Assembly (NCBI RefSeq): GCF_009914755.1
Contig: NC_060939.1
Source of the DNA: the human T2T-CHM13v2.0 reference genome, Homo sapiens
Reading direction: 5' to 3' (one strand)
DNA: 64,000 bases
The position numbers were made by a program, and so were the translations under genes. Shown piece by piece: positions 47,959 to 64,000 of this stretch. The notes beneath the pieces were generated by a model. It searched no databases, was not told the origin of the DNA, and saw nothing but the letters and a program-made list of their open reading frames with translations. How positions within the stretch are numbered: position 1 is the first letter of the stretch; each line of letters starts with the position of its first letter.

Positions 47959-50847
47959 GTAAGTGGCACCAAGGGGCAGGGCGGCGTCGGGCCGGCGATG
48001 CCCTGGGATCAGTCCCTGTGAGGGCGGCCTGGCCCCTGGAGGCCTGGGCTGGGCCTGCGCCCTCGAGCCCTCTCAGCCCCAAGGCCCAGGGCCTGGGGAC
48101 ATGGCCGGGCTGGAATGGCTTTCATAGCCCCTTGTGACCCCTCCTGATCCATGCGCCTCAGGCCTCTGGCAATGCGAGGCTCAAGAGAGGACAAAGGCTC
48201 CACTTTGGAGTGATTTCATGGGGTCTGAAGGCTTTCCTTATCTCCCCTGCCCCCTACCCTGCTACTCCCTGGCTTGGGATTCCACAGCTAGCGATAAGGA
48301 AAGCCAGAGTGGCTGAAATTCCTCCCTGGCAGGAAGGGAGGGGGAGAGCACTGGTGGGGACAGGGAGAGGGTGCTGGGGGGCTGCCCAGAGTAGGAGCTG
48401 CTTAGCTCAGGGTGGGGAGGTTCTCCAGGAAGAAATAAACCTTTGTAAATAAGGTTCCTCTACTGGGCCGAGGACTTGGGTCCTCCCCAGGACCTGAGTG
48501 GGGGCTGGTGAGATAGGGGGTGGGATGAGGTACTGTCTGGAGATGTTGGGAATTAAGGACTTGCAGCTCTGAGGGAGCCAAGTGCCCTGTCCAGTTTGGG
48601 GAAGTGAAATGCCAAGGGAGGTGTGGAACTGATGAGCCCTTCACTGGTCTTCCAAGAGTTCAAGAGGTGTGGAAGCTTTGTTTTAGCAGCTAGGCCACCC
48701 ACAGATATAAAGACACAAAGACAATAGACAGGCATCCAGGAAATCAAAGGCACACAGGCACACGTGGACAGGCGCGTTGCCATGGAGACAGACACTTCCT
48801 GCCCCCTGTGGGCAGCTCAGTTTCCCTTCACTTCTGGAGTCTGTTTTCCAAAGGGAAATGTGTTGAGATAGTGGTTGTTTCATAGCCTGAGAACTTGACT
48901 TGTGTATTATGCAGAAAACGGCCATTCCTCCAAGAGGCTGTCCAGAGACCTCTTGTTCTCCATTCCTAAAACAGCATAAAAACAGGCATCGAGGACATTC
49001 AGGAAAAGTCCTGGGCACTTCCTCGTGAATTGGCTGAGTCCTACTGACCTTGGAGTTGGGAAAGTTCAAATGTAACCGGAACCGGTTTCTGTATAAAACT
49101 CGTCAAATTGTGTCACATGTCTGGGGCAGGGCTGAGGACTGATGTTAGTGACTGAGTCAGACTCAACAAGGCCCCTGGCTGCCAGGAAAGAATACCCCTT
49201 TTTCTTACTCCTGGCTCTACAGATAAACCAGAATGAAATTTGGACATTTATTCCAGTCCTTAGAGAAGCTGACTCCCTTGTGGGAGCCTCACATTTGTCA
49301 CAGTGACTTGTCTGGGCTTTGCCTCCTGTGTTTGGCCTTTGTCAATACCAGTGGAACAAACAGAAGAGGCGGAACCAGGGTCCTTCTTGGAGACAGCAGC
49401 AATGAAGGAAGGGAGGAAAGAGTGCCTTGAAAACCAGGCAGAATGGGGAGGGCAGGGGATCTGGGCTTTTAGGAAAAGGGCTGGAGAATGGACATAGTGC
49501 TGCTGCCTGGCTGAGCAGTTGTATGATAGATAAATGTTAATTGTACACCTCATGAGCACAAAGCTTGTGCCAGCCTGAGAGCTAGAGGCAGGATAGAAGT
49601 GGCTGGCTTAAGTCCCTTTGGACCTAAATGGGAATGTTCTTAAAAGGAGTCTCTTTCATCAAGTATCTGGAGGGGGCAGGACAGCAGGAGTGGGAGAAAG
49701 CTTTGGACTTTGGGCTGTGTTTTGCCCCTGCAGAGTTTTTTACTGCTCCTGCTGGCTAGCCACAGACCCCTAGAGGTTCTGAGAGACAAGGACAGCCAGA
49801 TTTATCAGGCATCTGGAAAAGCCTTTGGCCAAAGTGGGGAGAATGTGACTGGGGCTGCAGTGGGGAGTGGAGGAGGCGAGGCAGTTCCTGCTTCTCTAGT
49901 AAGGCCTGACCTGTGTTGGAGGGAGCCATCGTACTGTCTGCTGTCCCTCAGAACAGCCTCACTGCCTGTGGGGGTGGGGAGAGCTCCCTAGAGATAGGGA
50001 GAAAGACAGTCCCTCGAGAATTTTGCCAGCTATGTTGGCTCCAGCCCAGCTGAGCCCTGACTATGCCAGAGTCCTGACTGAGAGGCAAGTTCTGTCCCCA
50101 CTCACTCTTGGCTCCAACATCTTCTGGGTCTACCTTCACAAAGATGTGTCATGGAGCTCTCCAGGCATCATTCTCATGGACCCTTGTGAGGAGGGGCTAC
50201 CCCTGGGAACTGATGGACAGCTGAGCTGATGGACACCAGAGGCCTTGGTGGATGGCCCAGAACCTATCTCCCTATGCACCTCTCTCTGTCCCACAGCTCT
50301 GAAAGGGTTTCCAGTCCATGTCGGTGCAAGAATATTTCCAATGCCCACTGGGGTCAGAGGTCTCACATGCAGATAGTCCCACCAAACTGTAGGCCCAGCC
50401 CCCAGGTCACCCGGCATCTAGGACCTCACCCCCATAGAACAGTGAGATGTGGGTAGGCTAGAGAAGTTAAGGGGCCAAAGTTGAGTAGAAGCAGTTTTGA
50501 TTTTTTTTTTGAAGCAGTTATGATTAATTAGCTTTTATGGGACACTCAGAAGTTCCAGAAACCCCTGCCCCCTGGATTCTTGGAGGCCCTGGTCCAGGTG
50601 GGCTCAGAGAAGTCACAGAACCTATGATGTTACTACAGACAGCTTTGAAACAAGCTCTGCTGTTCAGCATGGGTCAGCCAGGCTGTCTAGGGCTTTTAGG
50701 GAACCTGAGGTATCAGGCCAGGACTGTCCAAAGGCCTTTTATGTCCCAGACTAGATGAAAGCCAGGAGGGATGGAGGCCCCCAGCTTTCGTGGTCAGTTC
50801 TAGTTTTCCGTAGCCTACTTCACTCTTTTATGTATTTATCATTTTAG

Positions 50848-55839
<4,992 letters not shown>

Positions 55840-57848
55840 TGTTTTTCATTATCTAGCATGAGCATTTGTCTCTGCAAATTTTCTTAAAACATAGTTTCCC
55901 TGTTGTCTCACTTATCCAGTAGCTGAAATGATTTCCTTAGACTTGTCCAGGCGGCTTCATACCTAGGAGCTTAAGCTGAATATTGGATCCAGGCTCAAGG
56001 TCATGGATGAGATAGGATTCAAATTATGCAGGGAGGACATAATTAGGGATGGTTTGAATTAATTGCAGACTCATGGAAGTAGGATTATGTTTAGCCTGGT
56101 GGTTTCTGGAAAGTGTTGATTGAGATTTGATATTTCCCCAAATCAGAAATTGCTGTTAGTATGATAGCAGCAAGAAACGTTTTCAGATATTAACACTTCC
56201 TGAGTGTTCAGGGAGTTAATAGCCTAGGCCCTGAGGACCCTCTATTTCTGAGTGGCTTAAGAAGAAAAGGAAAAGAAGCTTATTGCACAGATGAGTTGTA
56301 GGCAAGGGAAGGTTGTAGGGAGTGTTACAGAACATGTCTAACTGCAGACCCGGCTCAAATGTTCAGGTATGTGAGATTGGGATCCCCTTTATGGGTGATC
56401 TTTGTGGGGGAGGGCCCTTGTCAACTCCATGAATGCCCAGGTATCTACATTCCTGTGGTGAAACCACAGCAGGAACCCCATCAGTTCAGAAGTCTTACTT
56501 GATTCCAGATATTCTCTGGGGTACAACCCTTCTCCTCAAACTCAAGTCTAGAATAATATTCACAGAAAAGATACATCGAATGTGGAATCCCTCCCCACAA
56601 AGTGGAGGGTTCTAGATCCTGTTTGCTTCTGCTTCCACAGACTCTCTTAGCCCCTGGCAGAGAGGCCATGGACAGACAAACATTGCCCTTGGGTGACCAT
56701 CCCTTCCTCTGAGGCACAGGGAAAGGCACCTTTGAATGATGTGTCTTTCTCACTACAGTTTCTCCTGCTTCTCTTCCCTTTGCCCCCTCACAGTCCTCTC
56801 TGCCGCTCACAATGGGATGTGTGCCTGGGGAGGGAGGGCCGGGCACGGCTTGTGCACCACACAACCTGCCTTCAGGTGGCGCTTCACACCTAGGAACGCA
56901 CTGTGTCTCTGCTGGCCCTTGAAAGGGTTTGGCATGGTAGTTTGCTTCCTGGGCCCAGGAAGGAGAAGACTGTAAGCCTGAGCATTGTTGGTGAGTTTGT
57001 ACTGGACTCAGTGCTTACTGATGCCCCTGAAATCTGGGAGATGGACTGGAGAAGGGAACTAAAAGTTCTGGCTTTTGCAGGGGTGGATCCGTTTGTGGTT
57101 TGGCACTCCTGCTGGTTGGTCCTGGAGCAGCCAACCATGTTTCACTTCAGCATGTGGTATCCAGGGATGGAGCAGGGGAGCCACAGCTGGCTTTCCAAGG
57201 CTGCTTCCCAGCCCCATTTCGGCTGGGTCTCTCCTTTCTGATACCCTTATGAATTAGAGTCCCCCCTTGGGTCTAGACCCCTAGCATTGGCCAGCTTATT
57301 CTTTGTCCATTGTGGGTCTGCACTCACAAATGTAGGAGCTTTTTTTCTGAGCCCAAGCTCTAGGAGAGGCTCCTGTGCTCTTAGGACCCTTGAATCACTG
57401 AGGGTTGGCTGGCCTTCCCCTCTTGGCATGAATGAAGGCTCTGCTATGCTGGGGGCTCCATCTCTGAGGCTTGACCTACTTATCTGTGTGTCTCCCTCAT
57501 GCACCAGTGTCCCTGGAGATGAAAGGTGCAGGGTGAAGTAAGGCCCCTCAAACAATGATGGGATGGGACACCTGGGCTTGTAGACTGGCATGCTCAGGAG
57601 CCTGGCCCATGGTCAGTAGCTTGCCTATTGTAATGGGTCTGGGCCAGGATTCCATTCAACCCCTTGATACCTGGCCCCAGCCTGGCCAAGAGGCACAAGC
57701 TGCCTTGAAGAAAGACTTGCCGGGGTGCTGGAGCTCTGGCCACAGGAAGATGGGCAGGCATGGTAAGACGGAAGCTGCCTTGGACAGGCCAGGCTGTGCT
57801 GTTTGTTGTGGGGAAGGCCAGCTCTGAATAGCTCTTTGCCTCTCTTAG

Positions 57849-57970
57849 GAGCACCTTCTGCTCCATCATTGCTCAGCTCACAGAGGAGACCCAGCCGCTA
57901 TTTGAGACCACGCTCAAGTCCCGGTCTGTGTCCGAGGACAGCGACGTCAGGTTCACCTGCATCGTCACAG
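57849..57970 (+). CDS. ALPK3: ALPK3 exon 3 (RSTFCSIIAQLTEETQPLFETTLKSRSVSEDSDVRFTCIVT), start of Ig-like domain; gene continues beyond the window
   Basis: tctcttag|G acceptor, ACAG|gtaagg donor, 122 nt; I-set Ig pattern P.F...L....V.E...V.F.C.V.G. Confidence 0.95.
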
Positions 57971-58389
57971 GTAAGGATGCTGTCTGTATGCTCCATGCCA
58001 GGGCCTCTGCACAGAGCAGGGTCCAAGGAGGCTGTGAGGACAGGAATGGTGGGGTGGCGGGCTGTGTGCACAAAACTACGTGAGGTGACATTTACTTTCT
58101 GAGCTTTCTCTCTAGTTTAACATCCCTGTGTGGGCTGGTGCCCCTTGCTTCCCCCATTCTGGAGCCACATATATACCCTACTCTTCTTCAGAACCTGTCC
58201 TCAGTGAAGGTTCCTGACCCTCAGGGATACATCCATGACTAATGGCCTTATTTGTTGCAAGAAAAGAAGTACTCCAATGGAAAGAGATCTTTGAGGCCAT
58301 CTCCCTGAGTATCCCCATGTTATAGTTGAGTAATTTGAAGGTTGGGAGTCTCAAGCCTGAGAGGAGAATTGCATGTGGTGATTCTGACT

Positions 58390-58610
58390 ACAGACCCTGG
58401 AGGCAGACTGCCTGGCTTGGAGTCCTGGCTCATCCCCTTTCCAATGATGTTACTGAGCACGTTATATAACCTCTCAGCTGCCTCATCTGTAAAGTGGGGA
58501 TAATGATAGGATGCACTTCATAGGGTTATTTGAGACTGAATGAGTTAATACATGCAAAGTGTTTGGAGTAGTACCTTATGTACAGTAAGTACCACATAAG
58601 AGTTAGAAAC
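58390..58610 (+). mobile_element. MIR
   Basis: Core cctcatctgtaaagtggggataat...tgagttaatacatgcaaagtg. Confidence 0.75.
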
Positions 58611-59369
58611 TGACTGTTACTTGCATTTCACTGAGCTTCGTGATGGAATTTGAAGCAACCGTTTGGCAGAATAGGAAGCAGAGTGATACTCCTTGGAAGG
58701 GGAAGATAATGGGTGGGAGTGCTGGGAGGGTGGTTCCAGACATTGCCTCTCCCCCAGATCACCCAGTAGAGACTCCAACCTGACCAGCCTCAGGGCCCGC
58801 AGGACCCACAAATGGGTACCCACCCCTCCCAGCTGTGCAGCTATTAGATCCCAGGCCCAGGCTCCCTCTGGAGAGCCTGTTGTTTCTGTAAGTCAAGGTC
58901 ATTCGTGGTTTCCAGCTGTGAATTCTGGCGGACTTGATTACCCCAGCCAGTAAACAGCTTCTCACTTGGGCAGTTCTCACCCTTACTCAACCCTCTGAGC
59001 TGCAGACTGAGAACACTCTCTGCTCCGAGCGACATAGGTGTGCATCCCATACCTTTGTATGGCGTATGGTGAATTTCTCAAGTTGTCTGTTTCCATTGTC
59101 ATTGCATTCTTACAAATCCCTATGAAGTAAGTGCTATTTTTAGTCAAATTTTACCAAGGAGGAAGCTGAGAGAGGCTGATGCGTTGCCAAAGTCCGCAGC
59201 ACTAGTGAGGGAGACACTGCTTTTGCTCTCCGGCATCTGATGCTGCTTCCCGCCTGCATCTCCTGTGTTACTGTGGCACTTACAGTTTCCTAGAAAAACC
59301 CGGTTCTTTCACAGCTTCATGCTTTTGCACATCTCATTTTCTCTATTTAGAAAGTCCTTAATCCTTCTT

Positions 59370-62300
59370 TTTAAAGAAAATTAAATTTTACTTTGTCAAA
59401 TAAATATATGCACATAATTAAGACTTCAAATTATACTAAAAGGCATATTTCAAAATACAGCAGTTCACCCCTCTCAATTTGTCTTCCCAGAAGCAACTGT
59501 TTTCAGCTTTTAGCTGTTTCTTCTGGCATGTATACATTTCCATCATGCTGAGTACTACGTGAAATTCTTCAGTTTTAGATGTTCTCTATTGTCTTCCTGT
59601 TATGGTAGATAAGGAATTAGCTCTTTTATACCATCATTTTCTCTGTTTCCCTGAACTTATCTTCTTCATATAATTATGTTGACAGCAGTTGTGGAACTTT
59701 GGTTCTTATCTTCTTAGTTTTAAAAACTTGAAACAAAAGACACACAGCAAAGGAGATAGAACAATTTATTGCAAAGGATAAAGAATACTGTAAAAGTTAG
59801 GTGCAGAATAGACAGGACACCCTGAGAGAGAGAAGATTCAGCATGGGCTTCTCGTGAGGATGAGACAGCAAAGACTGGTACCTAGGGCGACTCCGTTTCT
59901 GTAAGTCTTACATGATTATTCATGAGGAGGTAGGAAGCGGTGTTGCTCCTAAGCATGTTCTGGGTGGTCCTCTGGGTGCACATGCGCAGTAGCTGTACAT
60001 GCTGTTTATACATCGTGAGTATCTGGGACTACAGGCGCGTGCCACCACACCCATGCTAATGAGACATGCATCTTAAATCTCCACCCAGGGGTGTGCTTTT
60101 TACTATTACAATGAGCAAAGGGTGAGTTTGAGGACAGGTAAAATCAAAATGCTCCTGCTCTCTACATGGGAATTCCCTACTGGAGATAGCTTTGCTTGAA
60201 AGAACTTTAGAATGCTCATGCTGGGGCTTATTGTGTTGACTGTATAGTCCGGATGGTTGCTGTGTCCTGAGGACATGGTTACTTCCTTGACTCTTATTAA
60301 TGATAGTTTTCTAAAACTATCCTGCTTCAGTTATATCATAATTTTTGCTTTAATCAACATTTACTGTTTACCTTATTATGCCTATACAATATTATTCATA
60401 ACTGAACATTGTAGCATACTATGCTTGTATTTTTTCTTTTGTTTTTCCTGAGGTTAGTACTTTCCATAGTTTTTCATTTGTTTCTTTTTTTTGTATCTGT
60501 TGCTAATTTTTCTTATACCTCCTAATAGCCTCTTAATACGATATTCTGCAAGGTCAATGACATCAGTAATCTGGCAGTTACTTTCCTTGGAGATATTCCT
60601 CTTGGAGCTCTCCATTCTTCTTTTATCTGAACTGCTAGGCTTTTAGGGCCTGATACACAGCTGTTATCCTGGCTCTTCCCTTTGCTTTTCTGTGGATTTA
60701 ATTCAGCTTCCTGGATCTCATGTCTTCCTTTCTTGGTTTATTTTTTTGCGTTATTGAATACTGCCCCAGTGGTTTCATCAGGTCCTGAAGATGGTGCAGA
60801 GGGCATAGTGATGGCAAGGTCTGGACCTTGCTCTCCCTTGAGTCCCTCTGGTCTAATGTGCCTTCGTTTCTCTGCATCTGGTACACAGTTACCATCCTCT
60901 AGATTTGGTTTACCTCTCTTCTGTGGTAACTTTCTGCTTTTTGTATTCTACATTTTTTTCTTTCTTGATTTACATTCTTATTTTGGCAGCTTTCTAGAAA
61001 GAGTACATGGGAAGTAGATGTTGGATTCCTTGTGTCTGAAAATGTTTTTGTTTGTTTGTTGGTTTGGTTGGTTTGTTTTTTGAGGCAAGATTTCCTCTGT
61101 CACCCCGGCTGGAGTGCAGTGGCATGATCACAGATCACTGCAGCCTCAACCGCCCCGGCTCAGGTGATCCTCCTGCCTCAGCCTCCTGAGTAGCTGGGAC
61201 CACAGGCATGTGCCACCACACCCAACTTATTTTGTGTGTGTGTGTATGTGTGTGTGTGTGATAGAGACTAAGTCCTACTATGTTGCCAGGCTGGTCTCAA
61301 ACTCCTGGGCTCAAGCAATCCTCCCACCTTGGCCTCCCAAAGTGCTGGGATTATAGTAGGCATGAGTCACTGTGCCCGGCCTCTTTTTTTCTACTTTACT
61401 TTTTCTTGCGAATTTGGCTGGGTATAGAATTATAAGCTGAAAATAATTTCCCTTCAGAATTTTAGACATTGTTCCATTATCTTTTTGCTTCCAGTGTTGC
61501 TTTTCAGAGTGAGAAGACAGTTTGATCCTAATTCCTTGCATGTGACCAGTTTTTCTCTCTGGAAGCTTGTAAGAGTGTTCTGGTATTTCATAATGATGTA
61601 TTTCGATATGGGTCTCTTCACCCTGGAACATGCTTAGATGCTTTCAGTTGGAAACGGAGAGCCTTTAGTTCTGGGAAATTTGATTTTATCCTCCTGTTTT
61701 CTGTCGTCTTACTTTACAAACTCCTGTTTGGATAGCTGTTCCCCTGGTCGTGGACTTTTATTTTCTTATCCTTTATTCCCCTTTCATCTATTTGTCTTTT
61801 GCTCTACTTTCTGGGAGATTTCCTTAGTTTTATCTTTCAACTCTTCTACTGAATTTTAATTTCCAAGGGTTTTAATTTTTGTCATTTTCTGTAGCATCCT
61901 GCACTTTTCATGAATGTAGTATCTTTTCTTAGCTCTCTGAGATGCTTATTAATGATAGTTTTCTAAAAGCTTCCTTTTCCTTGCATAGTTTTTCTTCTGT
62001 CTTGCTTTTTCTCTGTTTAATTTAATTTTGTCATTAATCTTCGATTGTAGGCTTTCCTCCCATATCTAGAAATCTTTGGCTGTCAGATAATGAGCAAGAG
62101 TAGGAGACTTAAAAGCTGATCAGAAGTTCTGAGCAAGGAGGAGGGGCCTGAAAACTTGGCTGTTTACTGTAGGGTGACCTAGGTAGCCACTGTTGGGAAC
62201 TGCCAAGTAAGTTTCTTTAGTTCCTTCCTCTTGAACTTGCTAGGTTTCCTAGCGAAAGGTTTTCTGGGAGTTATGCAGATCAGAGGGTTGGGTGGGCTCT

Positions 62301-62800
62301 CAGCATAAGACATTTATTTTATGATATATGGTTATTACATTTTTCTATTTTTCATAGAATAGTCATGCCCTCAGTTATGCTGGCTTACTCTCAGGGCAGA
62401 TTTTTACATTTCCAAATAATAAACTTCATCTTTGGCTGTGGTGGGGAAGGAGCAGTCATCCAGTGAGATAGAATGGTTGAAGGGTTCCAAAGATTTATTT
62501 TTTAAGCATCTTTGAACCTTTCCTCCTTCCTCTTTCTCCCAGTTCCAGAGGTACCAAATTGCCAATTCTTAGGCCCTTTGGGGATTTTCTGGTGTCGAAA
62601 GGATAGTTCTCAGTTTTCTCCACTGCTAGCTTAGGGTTGAGCTGTCTTGAGTCTGCTAAGTCAGTTTCCACTTGTCCATCTGCTTTCTAACTTTCAAAAT
62701 TTTGTTGCTCCTATTACTCTCCTTGCCTGTTCACTTCATCTTTGTGCTTTTACATATGTTGATTAAAAAGTCTTTTCAGGGCAGTTTAGTGAGTTTGAGG
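59370..62800 (-). mobile_element. Degraded L1M(E) fragments, interrupted by the solo LTR and AluJ (~61075-61381, with a (GT)n tract)
   Basis: T-rich antisense L1 text (ttggctgggtatagaatt...ttccattatctttttgcttccagtgttgct). Confidence 0.6.
59677..60329 (-). mobile_element. Solo ERV1 (MER4-group) LTR inserted into old L1 sequence
   Basis: TG...CA termini, minus-strand AATAAA (+ tttatt ~59765-59770), 4-bp near-TSD ATTA/GTTA; subfamily not called. Confidence 0.7.
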
Positions 62801-64000
62801 GAGGGTATGAAGATAGATGGCATGTTCATTCTGCCTTTTTACCTAGAAGCCTACTCTTTTTCTGCCTGGCAAATTCCTTCTCATCTTTCAAGGGGCTTGC
62901 CCTCTGGGAGGTCATCTCCAGTGTTTCCAGGAGAGCTCTTGCTCCATCCTCCACCACATAGTTTTTTTGTTTACACATCTCTCTCTCTCCAACAAGATCG
63001 TGACATCTACAAGCACAGGGCATACACCTGACACATCATGCCTCTCCAGAGCTGGCACAAAGATGCTCAGTACATATCAAATGACCACAGTGAAGCTTGA
63101 CTGTGCTGATGACAAAACCAGTACCTTTTCCACTTGCCATATTGCCTGTTCATTTCAGCCACAGCTTTGGTACCTTGGTAACAGCGGCTGCAGTGGGGAC
63201 CTGGGACCACTTGAGAGAGGCAGGTGTCAGGGATGGCTCTCCCTCCTCTCCTTTTCCATTCTGTTCTTTGTAGCCATGGAGTTTAAGAGCAATGTGGAGA
63301 TGTCAGACATGAGTCTGGCTTATAGAATCATGGGGTATTTTATCAAATACTCCCAGTGTCATCAAGGAAGTAAGCTGTTCCCTGTTTCAAGCCCAATCCA
63401 AAGGAGCAAGCTTTTCTGCCACATCTCATGATGACCAGGCAGGGCTGCTCAGACATTTATTTTATGATATATGGTTGTATATCACACAACCTACCTACTG
63501 TGTATATCATAGCACTTACTGTGCTGAGACCTACAACGCCACCAATGGAGTCTGTAAGGTTTCTGGGGCTCTGGCTATCTCTGATATCCATACCTTAGTC
63601 CATTGTTGATCTTCTCCTTTCCTGCCCCCACTCATCCTCACATACATTCAGAATCTCAGCTTACCTGAGTTTTGTGTAGCACATTAGGAAAGAGGTCTCT
63701 ATGATCACCATAGTACACCTCAAACAAGCCTTTTCTAATTAGCAAGGAGAAAATGCAGGCTGTAGGAGAGGGAAAGGAAGGAGAGGAGGGGCAATGCAGA
63801 AGGTTCTGCAAACTAAAGAGTCAGGGTTAGACACGGGAGCTCTCTAGTCTGGAGAGGTGGAAGGTGGATGGATCTCTGGCTGAGACTGGCCTCTGTGTGA
63901 GGCTGCTGTTCTGCTCTTGGCTTGTCTCCAGAGTGACCATACGTGCACTCTTCCTTCCTCACTGCTGATAGCATTTCCTAAACAAGGCTAGGATGAGTCA

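Larger units (their letters stand above)
47380..48070. promoter_or_regulatory. ALPK3: CpG island / ALPK3 promoter and exon 1
   Basis: Very high GC and CpG density against CpG-poor flanks. Confidence 0.9.

Noticed and set aside
47276-48082. 268-aa minus-strand ORF over the CpG island
   Set aside because: Low-complexity R/P/G/A translation expected from stop-poor GC-rich DNA

Overview
Human (primate) genomic DNA that I recognise as the chr15q25.3 ZNF592-ALPK3 locus; both genes are on the + strand. The window holds the complete ZNF592 CDS: eight coding exons, 13062-32753, totalling 3804 nt = 1267 aa, with all GT-AG junctions and phases consistent. It also holds one upstream 5'UTR exon (8572-8701), a ~4 kb 3'UTR with tandem poly(A) signals, ~10 kb of intergenic DNA, and the CpG-island promoter plus first three coding exons of ALPK3. 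The rest is repeat-rich (about 35 Alu elements or monomers, L1M, L2, MIR, CR1/L3, MER, LTR). Most unusual observations: (1) an antisense, L1-retroposed, spliced endogenous retrovirus mRNA (R-U5-tRNAGly PBS-env tail-PPT-U3-R-polyA with 12-bp TSDs, 8540-9523) whose poly(A) tail and R/U3 form a ZNF592 5'UTR exon; (2) a cluster of short, apparently locally templated insertions in ALPK3 intron 3; (3) a composite MEF2/TATA element inside a 202-codon open upstream extension of ALPK3. There are no prokaryotic-type systems such as CRISPR. Repeat subfamily names and exon numbers come from pattern recognition and memory, not database searches.
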